Source: Piromyces finnis finn
Taxonomy: Eukaryota > Fungi > Neocallimastigomycota
Assembly: GCA_002104945.1 (NCBI GenBank)
Contig: MCFH01000005.1
Location: forward strand, 248,001-312,000
Length of the DNA stretch: 64,000 nucleotides
Reading direction: 5' to 3'
Each line of letters opens with the position of its first letter. The stretch's first letter is position 1. Under the pieces are notes generated by a model. That model was given only the letters and a program-made list of their open reading frames with translations, was not told where the DNA came from and ran no database searches. The translations under genes were made by a program, and so were the position numbers. Shown in pieces: positions 63,101-64,000 of this stretch.

Positions 63101-64000
63101 GATTCATTAAACCGTGATATTAATGAAAAGAATGATGCAATTGATTCATTAAACCGTGATATTAATGAAAAGAATGATGCTATTGATTCATTAAATGGAC
63201 AAGTTGAAGATGCCAAGAATAAGATTTCAGAACTAGAAAAGCAAATTGCTGATAATGAGGTTAAAGCAAATGAAGAAAATGAATCTAAGCAAAATGAAAT
63301 CAATAAATTAATTAAGAAGATTACTATCATCGAAAGAATCATGGAAAGCGAAAGAGAAAAGAATAACGAATTAGAAAACCAATTGAATGAAAATATCGAA
63401 AAATCTATTATAATTGAAAATGATAAGCAAAAAGAAATTGATTCATTAAACCGTGATATTAATGAAAAGAATGATGCTATTGATTCATTAAACCGTGATA
63501 TTAATGAAAAGAATGATGCAATTGATTCATTAAACCGTGATATTAATGAAAAGAATGATGCTATTGATTCATTAAATGGACAAGTTGAAGATGCCAAGAA
63601 TAAGATTTCAGAACTAGAAAAGCAAATTGCTGATAATGAGGTTAAAGCAAATGAAGAAAATGAATCTAAGCAAAATGAAATCAATAAATTAATTAAGAAG
63701 ATTACTATCATCGAAAGAATCATGGAAAGCGAAAGAGAAAAGAATAACGAATTAGAAAACCAATTGAATGAAAATATCGAAAAATCTATTATAATTGAAA
63801 ATGATAAGCAAAAAGAAATTGATTCATTAAACCGTGATATTAATGAAAAGAATGATGCTATTGATTCATTAAACCGTGATATTAATGAAAAGAATGATGC
63901 AATTGATTCATTAAATGGACAAGTTGAAGATGCCAAGAATAAGATTTCAGAACTAGAAAAGCAAATTGCTGATAATGAGGTTAAAGCAAATGAAGAAAAT
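45120..64000 (+). CDS. Giant E/K/N/I-rich coiled-coil protein, at least 6,230 aa, running off the window. Exon 1 45120-45459, exon 2 45651 to beyond 64000
   Basis: A phase-1 GT-AG intron at 45460-45650 joins SISR-G-NENKARG. The codon register checked at 45653, 51002, 57002 and 63962 is identical. The ORF track lists no terminated + ORF here, consistent with no stop. Heptad-rich repeats such as KQNEIQQLIEKITIIEKIVE recur throughout. Confidence 0.88.
51101..52605 (+). repeat. Near-exact in-frame internal duplication of about 650 bp at an 849-bp (283-codon) offset
   Basis: gcaagataatgaagaaaaagctaaggaagaaag recurs 849 bp apart; identical antisense shadow ORFs lie at 51337 and 52186. Confidence 0.9.
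57300..64000 (+). repeat. Higher-order coding repeat: 255-bp (85-aa) unit plus 2-7 copies of a 42-bp (14-aa) unit
   Basis: The marker aatggacaag occurs 17 times (57524 to 63914) at intervals of 339, 381, 423, 465 or 549 bp, which equals 255 + 42n. The short unit is AIDSLNRDINEKND. Confidence 0.95.

Noticed and set aside
57244-63936. 2230-aa antisense ORF (S/F/I-rich) and smaller minus-strand ORFs at 48070-56673
   Set aside because: These are shadows of the sense coiled-coil repeat. The repeat unit lacks antisense stops in one register, so near-identical copies give a long open frame. Start and end are set by the repeat boundaries.

Overview
Very AT-rich eukaryotic genomic DNA, almost certainly from an anaerobic gut fungus (Neocallimastigomycota). 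The evidence is a fungal dockerin, short AT-rich GT-AG introns and an intronless bacterial-type gene. Host genes, all on +: the 3' part of an Nrc-2/Fpk1-type AGC kinase (4 exons), an intronless CstA-family transporter, a dockerin-linked CE1-type esterase, a 5-exon cysteine-rich scaffoldin-like surface protein, and the first 6,230 or more codons of a giant coiled-coil protein whose C-terminal part is a higher-order repeat (85 aa + n x 14 aa). Positions 6.8-18.7 kb hold two complete, tandem non-LTR retrotransposons from different families (single ORF: RRM-like, APE, RT, CCHC), each with a poly(A) tail and a 13-bp TSD. Truncated and decayed relatives lie at 25.6-27.8 kb. The most interesting signal is at the 5' ends of these LINEs. 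The two diverged families share an almost identical ~170-nt multi-hairpin leader with covariation. Their 5' junctions also carry chains of captured RNA-derived pieces: poly(A), a leader tip, 40- and 61-nt internal fragments of the ORF, and an extra leader closer to the other family. This is consistent with serial template jumping by the RT. All analysis was done by eye, with no database searches or folding programs.
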